Positions 1 to 8,989 of a DNA stretch of 64,000 nucleotides are shown here, in pieces (within the stretch, counting starts at the first letter, position 1; the number at the start of each line of letters is the position of its first letter). This DNA comes from an uncultured Gemmatimonadales bacterium. GTDB taxonomy: Bacteria; Gemmatimonadota; Gemmatimonadetes; Gemmatimonadales; GWC2-71-9. The position numbers were made by a program, and so were the translations under genes. The DNA is taken from the NCBI GenBank assembly GCA_963795085.1, contig CAWCFX010000004.1, positions 64,001-128,000 of the forward strand, written 5' to 3'. The notes under the pieces are model-generated. The model was not told the DNA's origin and made no database searches. It saw nothing but the letters and a program-made list of their open reading frames with translations.

Positions 1-1
1 G

Positions 2-187
2 TTTGCCAGCCTCGGACACGGAGGGTGGGTGCTGCTCTTTGCCCTTACCGGTTTCCTGATGGAAGGCCCGGCCCGCTACCGCGATGGCGCGGCGCGGCCG
101 GACTGGAGCGGCACCGGCCTGGTCCGCGTGCTGGCCGGGGTCAGCCGGATCGTCGTGGCGGGCGGCATTCTCGCCTGGACGATGTGA
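2..187 (+). CDS. 3' end of a membrane protein (partial, runs off the window edge)
   Basis: Open frame from the edge reads FASLGHGGWVLLFALTGFLM...IVVAGGILAWTM then TGA at 185-187; two hydrophobic segments. Confidence 0.55.
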   Translation, partial: FASLGHGGWVLLFALTGFLMEGPARYRDGAARPDWSGTGLVRVLAGVSRIVVAGGILAWTM

Positions 188-245
188 GACAGGGCTGGAT
201 CGGGTCCTCGCCTCACTGGCTGCTCACCCTTAGTATCTTCCCCCC

Positions 246-1304
246 ATGTCCGACCCAACTCCCGACCAGCGGCCGCGAATCCGGCTGACCTCGCTCTCCC
301 ACGGCGCCGGCTGAGCTTGCAAGCTCGGCGCCGCCGAGCTGGCGCAGGTCCTGCGCCACCTGCCCAGCGTCGTGAATTCCAATGTCCTGGTGGATGCGGC
401 CAGCCGGGACGATGCCGCGGTGTACCGCCTGAGCGACGACCGGGCGATCGTCGCGACGGTGGACTTCTTCACGCCGATCGTGGACGACCCCGTCGCGTGG
501 GGCGCCATCACCGCCGCCAACGCGCTGAGTGACATCTACGCGATGGGGGCGACACCGCTGTTTGCGTTGAACCTGGTGGGCTGGCCCCGGGGGAAACTGT
601 CCTACGAGGTCCTGGGCGAGGTGATGCGGGGCGCCGCGGAAGTGGCTGCGGAAGCGGGCTGTCTCCTGCTGGGCGGCCACTCGGTGGACGACCCGGAGCC
701 CAAGTTCGGCATGTGCGTCATCGGCGAGGTGCATCCGGACCGGCTGCTCACCAACTCCCAGGCCCGCCCCGGGGACCGGCTGGTCCTCACCAAGCCGCTG
801 GGGACCGGGATTCTCTCCACTGCGCTCAAGCGGGGGATGATCGACGAGGCGGCCATGGCGCCGGCCATCGAATCCATGCGGACGCTCAACCGTGGCGCGA
901 TGGAGATCGCCCTGCGTCACGGTGTCCGCGCCGCGACCGATGTGACCGGGTTCGGGCTGCTGGGCCACCTGGGCAACATCCTGGCCGGAAGCGGGGTCGG
1001 AGCCGAGATTTCGTTCGGGTCACTCCCGTTTCTCGGCCGGGTTCGAGAGATGGCAGAAGCGGGTGCCATCCCGGGAGGCACCGAGCGCAACCTCGCCGCC
1101 GCGGACACGGTCGAGTGGGCCTCCCACCTCACCAGCACCGACCGCATGCTGACGGCCGACGCCCAGACATCGGGCGGCCTTCTCCTTGCGGTGCCACCGG
1201 ACCGGGTGGCTGCCCTGGTAGAGGAGTTAAGAGGCCAGGGTGCCCTCGCCCACGCCATCATCGGGACCCTGAACCCGGCGGCAGGTATCATCAGGGTGAC
1301 CTGA
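246..1304 (+). CDS. selD: Selenide, water dikinase (selenophosphate synthetase), selenocysteine-containing
   Basis: ATG 246 is in frame with ORF 372..1304 and gives IRLTSLSHGAG-(TGA 312-314)-ACKL, the SelD [C/U]xxK motif. Downstream SelD motifs: DDAAVY, TVDFFTPIVDDP, ANALSDIYAMG, GGHS, TDVTGFGLLGH, DAQTSGGLL. Confidence 0.95.
322..358 (+). promoter_or_regulatory. Candidate bacterial SECIS element in selD
   Basis: Just 3' of the UGA are two hairpins: AGCTCGGC/GCCGAGCT (322-340) and TGGCGCAG-GTC-CTGCGCCA (340-358). The second resembles the GCAGGUCUGC apical stem-loop of the E. coli fdhF SECIS. Confidence 0.65.
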
Positions 1305-1359
1305 CGAGGCACCTGACTGGCCACCTCACCTCTCCCCTCACGTCTCACATCTCCCTTCT

Positions 1360-1581
1360 ATGGCCTATCGCTGGACCACCCAACGCATGGACCTGCTGGA
1401 GCGCGCCGTGCGGGAAGCGCGCCGGGTGGCCATCAGCCGCCGGGGAACCGAGTTCATCGTGACGGCCGTCCGGATCACTTCCGTCCGGGCCCGGGATGCC
1501 CTGATCGGCCGGCTGCCCATGACCGGTGAGGAGATGGTCTTCGTCCTCGATGAACTGGAGGCCTTCTCGGTGCTGGACTAG
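1360..1581 (+). CDS. Small hypothetical protein (73 aa)
   Basis: ATG start, GC-typical codon usage, fills the gap after selD. Confidence 0.7.
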   Translation: MAYRWTTQRMDLLERAVREARRVAISRRGTEFIVTAVRITSVRARDALIGRLPMTGEEMVFVLDELEAFSVLD

Positions 1582-1736
1582 GCGAAAAATGGGACCTGCG
1601 TCACACTCTCAGGAAATGGATGTTTACGTCACAGACAAGGCACCGGCCGACTGTGAGATTGGGCGATCTCCGGTTTCCCCTAAAGCCTTAGGGCGTAACC
1701 AATTATACGGTACGTATACCCTTACGGGGCTGGCCG

Positions 1737-2807
1737 ATGCGCTTCTTTACGAGGTTGATCGACTTCTTCACGATGGGCTCCGAGCGCCCGGTGATGCGGC
1801 TGGTCGCCTACTACCTCTTCCTGGCGGGCCTCACGGTGGGCCTCCTGTACGCCTTCCCGGTTCTGACCCATCTGTTCTCCGGCGAGCGGCTGGATGAACT
1901 GACCAGCGCGCCCCAGCTTCTGCAGGATGGGCTGACCTCGGACCAGTTCGAGACGCCGGTCATCGAAATGCCGGCCCGGCTGGAGCTGGCGATCATCACC
2001 GTCTCGATCATGTTCGGGACCCTGGCGCTGATGCTCCCGGTCTCCTGGGTGTACATGTCCGCCCGGCAGACCAAGGGGTTCAGCCAGTCCATCGTGCAAA
2101 CCCTGGTCATCCTGCCGGTGGTGGTGGCGGGGATCGTACTCATCGTCCGCAACAGCCTGGCGCTGGCATTCAGCCTGGCCGGCATCGTGGCAGGAGTCCG
2201 GTTCCGGAATACGCTCAAGGAAGCCAGAGATGCGGTGTTCATCTTCCTGGCGATCCTGGTCGGCCTGGCGGCCGGGGTCCAGGCGCTGACGGTTGGGTTC
2301 ATCGTTTCGATCGTTTTCAACTTCGTGGTCCTGCTGATCTGGCGGTATGATTTCGGGCGCAACGTGCTGGAACCAAACGCCGGCGGCACCTGGGCGGAGC
2401 CGTTGAAGAATCTCGCCAATGACACGGGGGAGGTACCCGACCGGGACCTGGTGCTGGCCCTCTCGCCCAGCAAGGTGAAGGCCCTGGAAGAGCGGTTCGC
2501 GCGGGTGCGGCAGATGGTGAGCCCCAAGGGAAAGAAACAGCAGTACGACGGCGTCCTTCATGTCACGACGGAGCAGCTGCAGCCGGCGCAGGTCGCGCTG
2601 GAGGCGGTGCTCGACGACTCTACCAAGCGCTGGAAGCTCGACGAGGTCATCTCCAACGAGGGCAAGCCGTCCGAGCTCTACTACCTGGTGAAGACCCGGA
2701 AGTCCATCGACCGGGAGGAACTCCTGACCGAGATTCATGCCCGGGACGAGAACACCCTCATTTCGGCGGACCTGGAAATCGCCGGCTCCAGGAAGGACGA
2801 CGATTGA
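1737..2807 (+). CDS. DUF4956-family inner-membrane protein
   Basis: Multiple TM helices with the family-typical stretch IVRNSLALAFSLAGIVAGVRFRNTLKEARDAVFIF, followed by a soluble C-terminal domain. Confidence 0.8.
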   Translation: MRFFTRLIDFFTMGSERPVMRLVAYYLFLAGLTVGLLYAFPVLTHLFSGERLDELTSAPQLLQDGLTSDQFETPVIEMPARLELAIITVSIMFGTLALMLPVSWVYMSARQTKGFSQSIVQTLVILPVVVAGIVLIVRNSLALAFSLAGIVAGVRFRNTLKEARDAVFIFLAILVGLAAGVQALTVGFIVSIVFNFVVLLIWRYDFGRNVLEPNAGGTWAEPLKNLANDTGEVPDRDLVLALSPSKVKALEERFARVRQMVSPKGKKQQYDGVLHVTTEQLQPAQVALEAVLDDSTKRWKLDEVISNEGKPSELYYLVKTRKSIDREELLTEIHARDENTLISADLEIAGSRKDDD

Positions 2808-3697
2808 TGCGGGGCGGGTTGCTCCCCTGCCTCGCGGTGGCCGTCCTGCTGGCTGGGTACGGGTGCCGGGACCGAGCCGGCCGGGGCGAGACCACGGACC
2901 TGGCCGCCCGGGCGGCCCGCCTGGACGCGGCCAGGACCGCGGACTCCAGCAGCCGGGACGAGCCGCTGGCCCGCTGGGTCATGCCCAAAAACCTGGCAGA
3001 GATCTCGGGGCTGGCCCTCTCGCCCGATGGCCGGCTCTTCACCCACCCCGACGAGCACGGCGTGGTGTCCCAGGTCGACTATCGCCGCGGCATCACGATC
3101 AAACAGTTCGTGCTGGGCCGCCGCAAAGGCGTGCAGGCGGATTTCGAGGGGATCGCCATCACGCCCGAGGCCATGTATCTCCTCACCAGTAATGGCAGGC
3201 TGTACCAGTTCAAGGAAGGCGCCAACGGCGAAAACGTCGAGTACACCATGCAGGACCTCGAACTCGGCAAGGAATGCGAGTTCGAGGGGCTCGCCTACGA
3301 CTCGACGCTCAACGCCCTGCTCCTCGCCTGCAAGAACGTGGGGATCAAGGAGCTCAAGGACCACCTGGTGATCTATCGCTACCGGCTGGGTGACGGCGGG
3401 GGCGAACGGCTCTCGCGGCTGGACGTTCCCGTGAGCCAGATCCAGGAGCAGCATGACTGGAAGGACATCGGGCCCACCGGCATCGACGTGGATCCCCAGA
3501 CCGGGAATTATGTGCTGCTCACCATGGAGAAGGCGCTGATCATCATGACCCGAGAGGGAACCATCCTCGAGGTTCGCAGGCTGCCCCCGGCCCATGACCA
3601 GCCAGAAGGAATCGCGATCACCCGGGACAGCCTCCTGATTATCAGCGACGAAGCGGTCACCCGGCCCGCGACCGTCACTGTTTACCGCTGGCCCTGA
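2807..3697 (+). CDS. SdiA-regulated/YjiK-like beta-propeller lipoprotein
   Basis: Lipobox-like LLAGYGC; repeated blade motifs EISGLA, DFEGIA, EFEGLAY, PTGID, QPEGIAI; start overlaps the upstream stop (TGATG). Confidence 0.8.
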   Translation: MRGGLLPCLAVAVLLAGYGCRDRAGRGETTDLAARAARLDAARTADSSSRDEPLARWVMPKNLAEISGLALSPDGRLFTHPDEHGVVSQVDYRRGITIKQFVLGRRKGVQADFEGIAITPEAMYLLTSNGRLYQFKEGANGENVEYTMQDLELGKECEFEGLAYDSTLNALLLACKNVGIKELKDHLVIYRYRLGDGGGERLSRLDVPVSQIQEQHDWKDIGPTGIDVDPQTGNYVLLTMEKALIIMTREGTILEVRRLPPAHDQPEGIAITRDSLLIISDEAVTRPATVTVYRWP

Positions 3698-3707
3698 GGG
3701 CGACCAG

Positions 3708-5012
3708 ATGCGCAGGCTCGCCCTGGTTTCTGCCCTGTTCCTGGCCGCGAGCTGCGGCACCGGCCTCCTCCCTCCCAGCCTCGAGCCCGCCCCACCGGCC
3801 GATGCCGCCGCCGTTGAAGCGACCATTTATCTGATTGGCGATGCCGGCAACCCGGCTCCCGAAGAGCCGGTCCTGATCGCCCTGAAGAGACAGATCACCG
3901 CGGGAACCGGCGACCGGGTCGTCGTTTTTCTCGGCGACAACGTCTATCCCCGGGGCCTTCCCGTCGAGGGCGCCCCCGACCGGAGCGAGGCGGAGCGGCG
4001 GCTGCTGGCCCAGGTGGAGGTGGGGACCGAAACCCGGGTACCGGTCTATTTCGTCGGCGGCAACCACGACTGGACCTACATGGGCCCCTCCGGCTGGGAT
4101 GGCATCAAGCGGCAAAGCGAGTTCATCGAGAAGAACGGGGGCGGCTTTGCGCTGCTGTTGCCGGCAAACGGCTGCCCCGGCCCCGAGGTCCGGGACGTAG
4201 GCCGGCAGGTGCGTATCGTCCTCCTCGACACCCAGTGGTGGGTGCACGAGTTCGCGAAACCCGTGGATTCCACCTCCGGCTGTGCCACCTGGACCGAGAA
4301 GCAGGTCATCGATTCGCTGCGCGGCGCGCTGGCCTCTGCGGCCCGTGAAGATTCGGCGAAGAAGGCCCTGCCGGTGGCCCGGGACTCGGTCGCCGCCGCC
4401 GCGGATTCGGCCAAGAAGGCCACGCCGGTTCCCGCCGTGCGCGATTCCGTGGACCGGGCCAGGAAAGTGGCGACCGATTCGTTGACCCAGGCCCGGGATA
4501 CGGTCGCCAACCGGCACGTGATCGTGGTCGGGCATCACCCGCTGGAATCGGGGGGCCAGCACGGCGGGTACTTCGGGTGGCAGCGTCATCTCTTTCCGCT
4601 TCGCCGGTTCGCCAACTGGCTGTGGATTCCGCTGCCGGGAATCGGGTCGATCGAGCCGATCGCGCGGCAGGAAGGCGGCACCAACCAGGACCTGGCGGGG
4701 CCGCTCTACACCCGGCTGCGCAACTCGCTGGAAGATGTCTTTGCCGACCACAAACCGCTGGTGTACGCCGCCGGCCACGACCATGACCTGCAGGTTCTCA
4801 AAGGCGATCATGCGAAGGTGGTGCTGGTCAGTGGGACCGGCATCTACGGACACGTGAGCCCGGTGGACTATCGCCCCAACACCCATTTCGCCGCCTCGGT
4901 AAGCGGATTCATGCGGATAGACGTGCTGCGGGATGGCAAGGTCCGGCTGGGCGTTATCACCGTCAATGTCCTGGGGGAGACTGACGAAGCGTTTTCGATG
5001 TACCTGGAGTAG
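3708..5012 (+). CDS. Calcineurin-like metallophosphoesterase lipoprotein
   Basis: Lipobox LAASC; motifs GDAG, GDNVY, GNHDW, GHHP, GHDH. Confidence 0.9.
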   Translation: MRRLALVSALFLAASCGTGLLPPSLEPAPPADAAAVEATIYLIGDAGNPAPEEPVLIALKRQITAGTGDRVVVFLGDNVYPRGLPVEGAPDRSEAERRLLAQVEVGTETRVPVYFVGGNHDWTYMGPSGWDGIKRQSEFIEKNGGGFALLLPANGCPGPEVRDVGRQVRIVLLDTQWWVHEFAKPVDSTSGCATWTEKQVIDSLRGALASAAREDSAKKALPVARDSVAAAADSAKKATPVPAVRDSVDRARKVATDSLTQARDTVANRHVIVVGHHPLESGGQHGGYFGWQRHLFPLRRFANWLWIPLPGIGSIEPIARQEGGTNQDLAGPLYTRLRNSLEDVFADHKPLVYAAGHDHDLQVLKGDHAKVVLVSGTGIYGHVSPVDYRPNTHFAASVSGFMRIDVLRDGKVRLGVITVNVLGETDEAFSMYLE

Positions 5013-5052
5013 TCCCCTCTTCTGCGTGCAAGCGCGACGGGTAGCGGAAACC

Positions 5053-7626
5053 ATGTGCACCTATAAAGTCTGGATTGGCCGGGTCGGGATCATCGCTCTG
5101 CTGCTCGGGCTGGCCGGGAGACCGGCGGCGGCCCAGATGAATCCCGCTCCCATCCCCGGCGTGGACAGCGTCCTCGTGGCGCCCGGGGCCCAGTACGCCG
5201 CCGGAAGCCTGCACCAGTTCTTCTTCGGCGCCAGCTACCGGGACCTCTGGAAGACCCCCATCCGGGTGCCGGTCCTCGACCTGGCGCGGTTCGCCGGGGG
5301 GCTCACCCCGGTGAAGGAGAGCGGCGGCAAGCAAACCAGGTCCCTCCGGCTGGTTGACCCCACCGGCCAGGAATGGGTGTTCCGCTCGGTGGACAAGGAC
5401 AACGTGTCGATGCCGCCGCGGTTCGAAGGCACCGTGGTCGAGGACATCATGCGGGACCAGATCAGCTCGTCCCACCCGGCGGCCGCCATTGTAGCGGACC
5501 CGCTCCAGGAGGCCGCCGGTGTGCTCCACCCCCACCCCCGCTATGCCGTCATGCCCGACGATCCGCGGCTCGCAGAGTTCCGCGAAGATTTCGCGGGCCG
5601 GCTGGGCATGATCGAGGAGTACCCCAACGACCCCGATGGCGGCCGCCGCGGGTTCGCCGGGGCGGTGGATATCATCGACAGCGAAGATCTCCTTGAGAAG
5701 ATGAACGAGGAGCCGGGGACCCGGGTGGATACCCGGGCACTGCTCGCCGCACGGTTGATGGACATGTTCATGAATGACTGGGACCGGCACCACGGCCAGT
5801 GGAAGTGGCTCCGCACGAGCGAGAGCGATGCCAGCCCCTGGATCCCCATCGCGAGGGACCGGGACAAGGCGTTCATCTCCTACACCGGGCTGGTGCCCGG
5901 GCTGGCTCGCATGGCGGCCAAAAACCTCGTCACGTTCGGGGCCACCTATCCGGGGATCACCGCTCTGACCTCGAACAGCATGGCGTTCGACCGGCGAATG
6001 CTGTCAGGACTGGAGCGGCCGGTGTGGGATTCGGTCGCCCGGGCCCTGGTCGCCCGGCTGACGGACGACGTCATCGAACGGGCAGCCAACCGGCTGCCCC
6101 CGGAGTACCAGCACAGCCGCCGGGACCTGGTCGCCATCCTCAAGGCACGGCGGGACGGGCTGCCCGACCTCGCCTCCCGGTTCTACCTCACGCTCGCGAG
6201 GGTGCCCGATCTCCACGCCACCGACGCGAACGATCGGGCCCGGGTGATCCTGGCCGACAGCTCGGTGCTGGTCACGCTGTCGGCGGGCCCGGGAGAAGGC
6301 CACGAGTACTTCCGCCGCCGGTTCCACCCGGCTGAGACCGAGGAGATCCGGATCTACCTCCATGACGGCGATGACCAGGCGCTCTCGAGCGGGCAGGCCA
6401 GTTCCACGATTCCAGTCCGTATCGTCGGCGGAAACGGCACCAACGTCCTGGTGGACTCGGCGGTGGTTGCCGGCCACCGGCAGCGCCTTCATCTCTATGA
6501 TGTCGGCACGGTCAGCGGCATCCAGGCCGGGGGCGACACCATGTTCGACCGCCGCCCATGGCATCGCCAGCGGGGAAAGATGGTGCCCCCTGGCCGGGAC
6601 CGGGGGAGCAAGCTGGGCCCTATCTTCGGTTTCGGCGTGCACGGGGACTACGGAGTGCTTCCCCGGGTCGGGCTCAGTCATTACAGCTACGGTTTTGGGA
6701 AACGGCCTTATGCCCGCCGGGTCGCCGCGTCCCTCGAGTACGCCACCCGGATTGACGGCTGGCGCGTGGAGCTGCTGGTGGACCAGCGCCGGGAGCATTC
6801 GAAGCTCCACTGGCTCGTGAACGGGGGGTGGTCCGAACTGGAAGTCATCCGGTTCCACGGGTTCGGGAACCGGTCCGCCGGCCCCTCCGACAGTGAGTTC
6901 TTCGAGGTGGACCAGAATGAGTGGCGTGGCCAGGTGGCCGCGGGCTGGTACCTCGGGCCCAAGAGCGGGCTGACCTTCGGCCCGCTCATCAAGCACGTCA
7001 CCACCAATGGGAGCGCCAGCCGGTTCATCGGCGTCAGCCAGCCCTACGGATCGGGAGACTTTGGCGAGGCTGGCCTGGAGCTGGCCCTGCATCACGACGT
7101 CCGCGACCAGCCGAAGAATCCTCGGGAGGGCCTGTTGCTGGACCTGGCCGCATCGTATTACCCGGCGCTGTGGGACGTCGGGAGTCCCTTTGGATCGTTC
7201 TCGGCCAGTGCCGCCACCTACTTCACCCTCCCGGTCCCATTGCACCCGGTCCTGGCATTCCGGGGCAGCGGCAAGAAGCTCGTCGGCGATTTCCCGTACT
7301 TCGAATCCGCGTTCATCGGGGGTGGTGGAAGCCTGCGGAGCCTGGAGGCCCAGCGCTACGCCGGCGATGCCTCCCTGGCGGGCACCGCTGAACTGCGGGT
7401 GCCTCTTCTCAGCTTCTCGTTCATCCTGCCGCTGGACCTGGGCGTCTTTGGGCTGGCGGAAACCGGCAGGGTCTATTTGGATGGGGAATCACCGGGCGGG
7501 TGGCACGGCGGGTTCGGCGGCGGGTTCTGGATCGGGGTCATCGATCCCAGCTCAGCGTTGAGCTTTACCTTCACCAACAACCGGGAACGGACGGGAGTGT
7601 TCATCAAGGCGGGGCTGTCATTCTGA
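5053..7626 (+). CDS. Omp85/BamA-TamA-type outer-membrane protein with N-terminal atypical (CotH/HipA/PI3K-like) kinase domain
   Basis: Signal peptide (AAA-Q); kinase-like motifs GGKQTRSLRL, DWDRH and RDRDKAF; C-terminal amphipathic beta-strands with GGGGSLRS, GTAELRVP and terminal KAGLSF. Confidence 0.75.
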   Translation: MCTYKVWIGRVGIIALLLGLAGRPAAAQMNPAPIPGVDSVLVAPGAQYAAGSLHQFFFGASYRDLWKTPIRVPVLDLARFAGGLTPVKESGGKQTRSLRLVDPTGQEWVFRSVDKDNVSMPPRFEGTVVEDIMRDQISSSHPAAAIVADPLQEAAGVLHPHPRYAVMPDDPRLAEFREDFAGRLGMIEEYPNDPDGGRRGFAGAVDIIDSEDLLEKMNEEPGTRVDTRALLAARLMDMFMNDWDRHHGQWKWLRTSESDASPWIPIARDRDKAFISYTGLVPGLARMAAKNLVTFGATYPGITALTSNSMAFDRRMLSGLERPVWDSVARALVARLTDDVIERAANRLPPEYQHSRRDLVAILKARRDGLPDLASRFYLTLARVPDLHATDANDRARVILADSSVLVTLSAGPGEGHEYFRRRFHPAETEEIRIYLHDGDDQALSSGQASSTIPVRIVGGNGTNVLVDSAVVAGHRQRLHLYDVGTVSGIQAGGDTMFDRRPWHRQRGKMVPPGRDRGSKLGPIFGFGVHGDYGVLPRVGLSHYSYGFGKRPYARRVAASLEYATRIDGWRVELLVDQRREHSKLHWLVNGGWSELEVIRFHGFGNRSAGPSDSEFFEVDQNEWRGQVAAGWYLGPKSGLTFGPLIKHVTTNGSASRFIGVSQPYGSGDFGEAGLELALHHDVRDQPKNPREGLLLDLAASYYPALWDVGSPFGSFSASAATYFTLPVPLHPVLAFRGSGKKLVGDFPYFESAFIGGGGSLRSLEAQRYAGDASLAGTAELRVPLLSFSFILPLDLGVFGLAETGRVYLDGESPGGWHGGFGGGFWIGVIDPSSALSFTFTNNRERTGVFIKAGLSF

Positions 7627-7636
7627 TGGGCGCCGA

Positions 7637-8701
7637 ATGAAGCCCGACGACGCCAATGGCTCCCTGCCGCCGGACCGCCGGCCGATCCGGGTGCTGGTCA
7701 TTGCGGGGTCCAACCGCCGGCAATGGGACTGCCCGGGAGTGGACTCCAAGGCCAGGGCGTTGATGTTCCGGATGGCGGACCGGCTCCCCGCCGAATGGGA
7801 AATTGACTTCGAGGACCTCGGCAACATCTACAAGCGGGAGCAGATCCAGACCTGCAACGCCTGCGTCTCCACCTCCATGGCCCTCTGCGTCTGGCCCTGT
7901 AACTGCTATGAGAAACACAGCCGGGCCCAGCCTGACCTGATGTGGAACCTCGATCTCTACGCCAGGCTCGACCTCGCCGACGCCTGGGCCATCATCGGGC
8001 CGGTCAACTGGTACGCACCGACCAGCAACCTCAAGGCGATGTTCGACCGACTGGTGTGCATGAGCGGCGGGAATCCCCGGGAGGACCTTATCGGCCACAA
8101 GGATCCGGAGCAGGCCATCGCCCTGGAGCATAGCCCCGAGTGGGAAACCTTGAGCCGCAACCACCTGGAGGGCCGCTCGGCGGGCTTCTTCTGTTATGGC
8201 GATGGCGGGGGCGATGAGCTGGACGAGGAGGGCCGCCCTCGCACGCTGGAGCATCCCGAGTGGTTCGACCCATCGGAGGAGCCCTTCGACGATATGCGGG
8301 AGAGCCATGCATCTCTCGTCTGGCAGTGCCGATACAGCGGCATCGAGGTGCCGGACCAGCTATGGCGATACTGCGAGTTCGGCCGTGGGAAGAAGTACAG
8401 CGACAACCAGGCCGAGGACATGGCCGTGCACGGCGTATACCCGGCATTTGACGCCTGGGTGGACGCCTTCGCCGACCACGTCCGGGACAAGGGAGCGGTT
8501 TCCCCCGGTCTCCACCGGGCGTATGGCTATCGCCCTCCGGGACACCGGGTGGCTGACCTCAAGACCAAGTGGCGGGGGTTGAAGATGGCGTTGGGCGTGA
8601 TGCCAGCCGACACGATCCCGGCCATCCAGGACCGGCAGGGGCTCAATCGCGACCGTCGGATTCTCTACAAGCGGGGAGAAGGAAAACGCTTGCGGGATTG
8701 A
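7637..8701 (+). CDS. Flavodoxin-fold / NAD(P)H-dependent FMN reductase (iron-sulfur flavoprotein-like)
   Basis: RVLVIAGSNR; Cys cluster CNAC...C...CNC; PVNWYAPTSNLKAMFDRL. Confidence 0.75.
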   Translation: MKPDDANGSLPPDRRPIRVLVIAGSNRRQWDCPGVDSKARALMFRMADRLPAEWEIDFEDLGNIYKREQIQTCNACVSTSMALCVWPCNCYEKHSRAQPDLMWNLDLYARLDLADAWAIIGPVNWYAPTSNLKAMFDRLVCMSGGNPREDLIGHKDPEQAIALEHSPEWETLSRNHLEGRSAGFFCYGDGGGDELDEEGRPRTLEHPEWFDPSEEPFDDMRESHASLVWQCRYSGIEVPDQLWRYCEFGRGKKYSDNQAEDMAVHGVYPAFDAWVDAFADHVRDKGAVSPGLHRAYGYRPPGHRVADLKTKWRGLKMALGVMPADTIPAIQDRQGLNRDRRILYKRGEGKRLRD

Positions 8702-8753
8702 GGCGGTCGGGAGGAATGCCGAAGGCATGTGAGCAAACCAGGTACGCCGGGGC

Positions 8754-8793
8754 GGCCCTTGGCCCTCTGGCCCTCTGGCCCTCTGGCCCCCTG
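8754..8793 (+). repeat. Tandem 8-mer repeat (GGCCCTCT)n
   Basis: ggccctt-ggccctct-ggccctct-ggccctct-ggccccct in an intergenic region. Confidence 0.85.
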
Positions 8794-8795
8794 TA

Positions 8796-8876
8796 GAGGC
8801 CTCCGCCCCCTATAGAGGGAATATCGGTCCGATCCAGCGGAGAGCCGGCATTGGAAAACCGCGATCCGGTCCATAT
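8796..8876 (+). repeat. Dispersed ~80-bp intergenic element, copy A
   Basis: GAGGCCTCCGCCCCCTATAGAGGGAATATCGG...GGAAAACCGCGATCCGGTCCATAT matches the reverse complement of 43726..43805. Confidence 0.75.
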
Positions 8877-8989
8877 ACGCGCGATGCGCTGCCGACGGCG
8901 AGAGCTGGCCCCCATGCCCCCTGGCCCCCTTACATTCTGACTCTCTGACGCAGTGGTTTTCCCCCTGGGCCCCAGACCCTCTGACCCTC

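Noticed and set aside
372..1304. selD as a truncated gene or pseudogene starting at GTG 372
   Set aside because: The upstream in-frame TGA sits at the catalytic Cys/Sec position and is followed by SECIS-like stems, so recoding explains it better.
1598..1636. Pho box upstream of the DUF4956 operon (two GTCAC motifs)
   Set aside because: The motifs are 28 bp apart, not the 11-bp period of PhoB boxes.
8754..8793. CRISPR array
   Set aside because: Units are 7-9 bp with no unique spacers and no cas genes; the same applies to the other tandem tracts.
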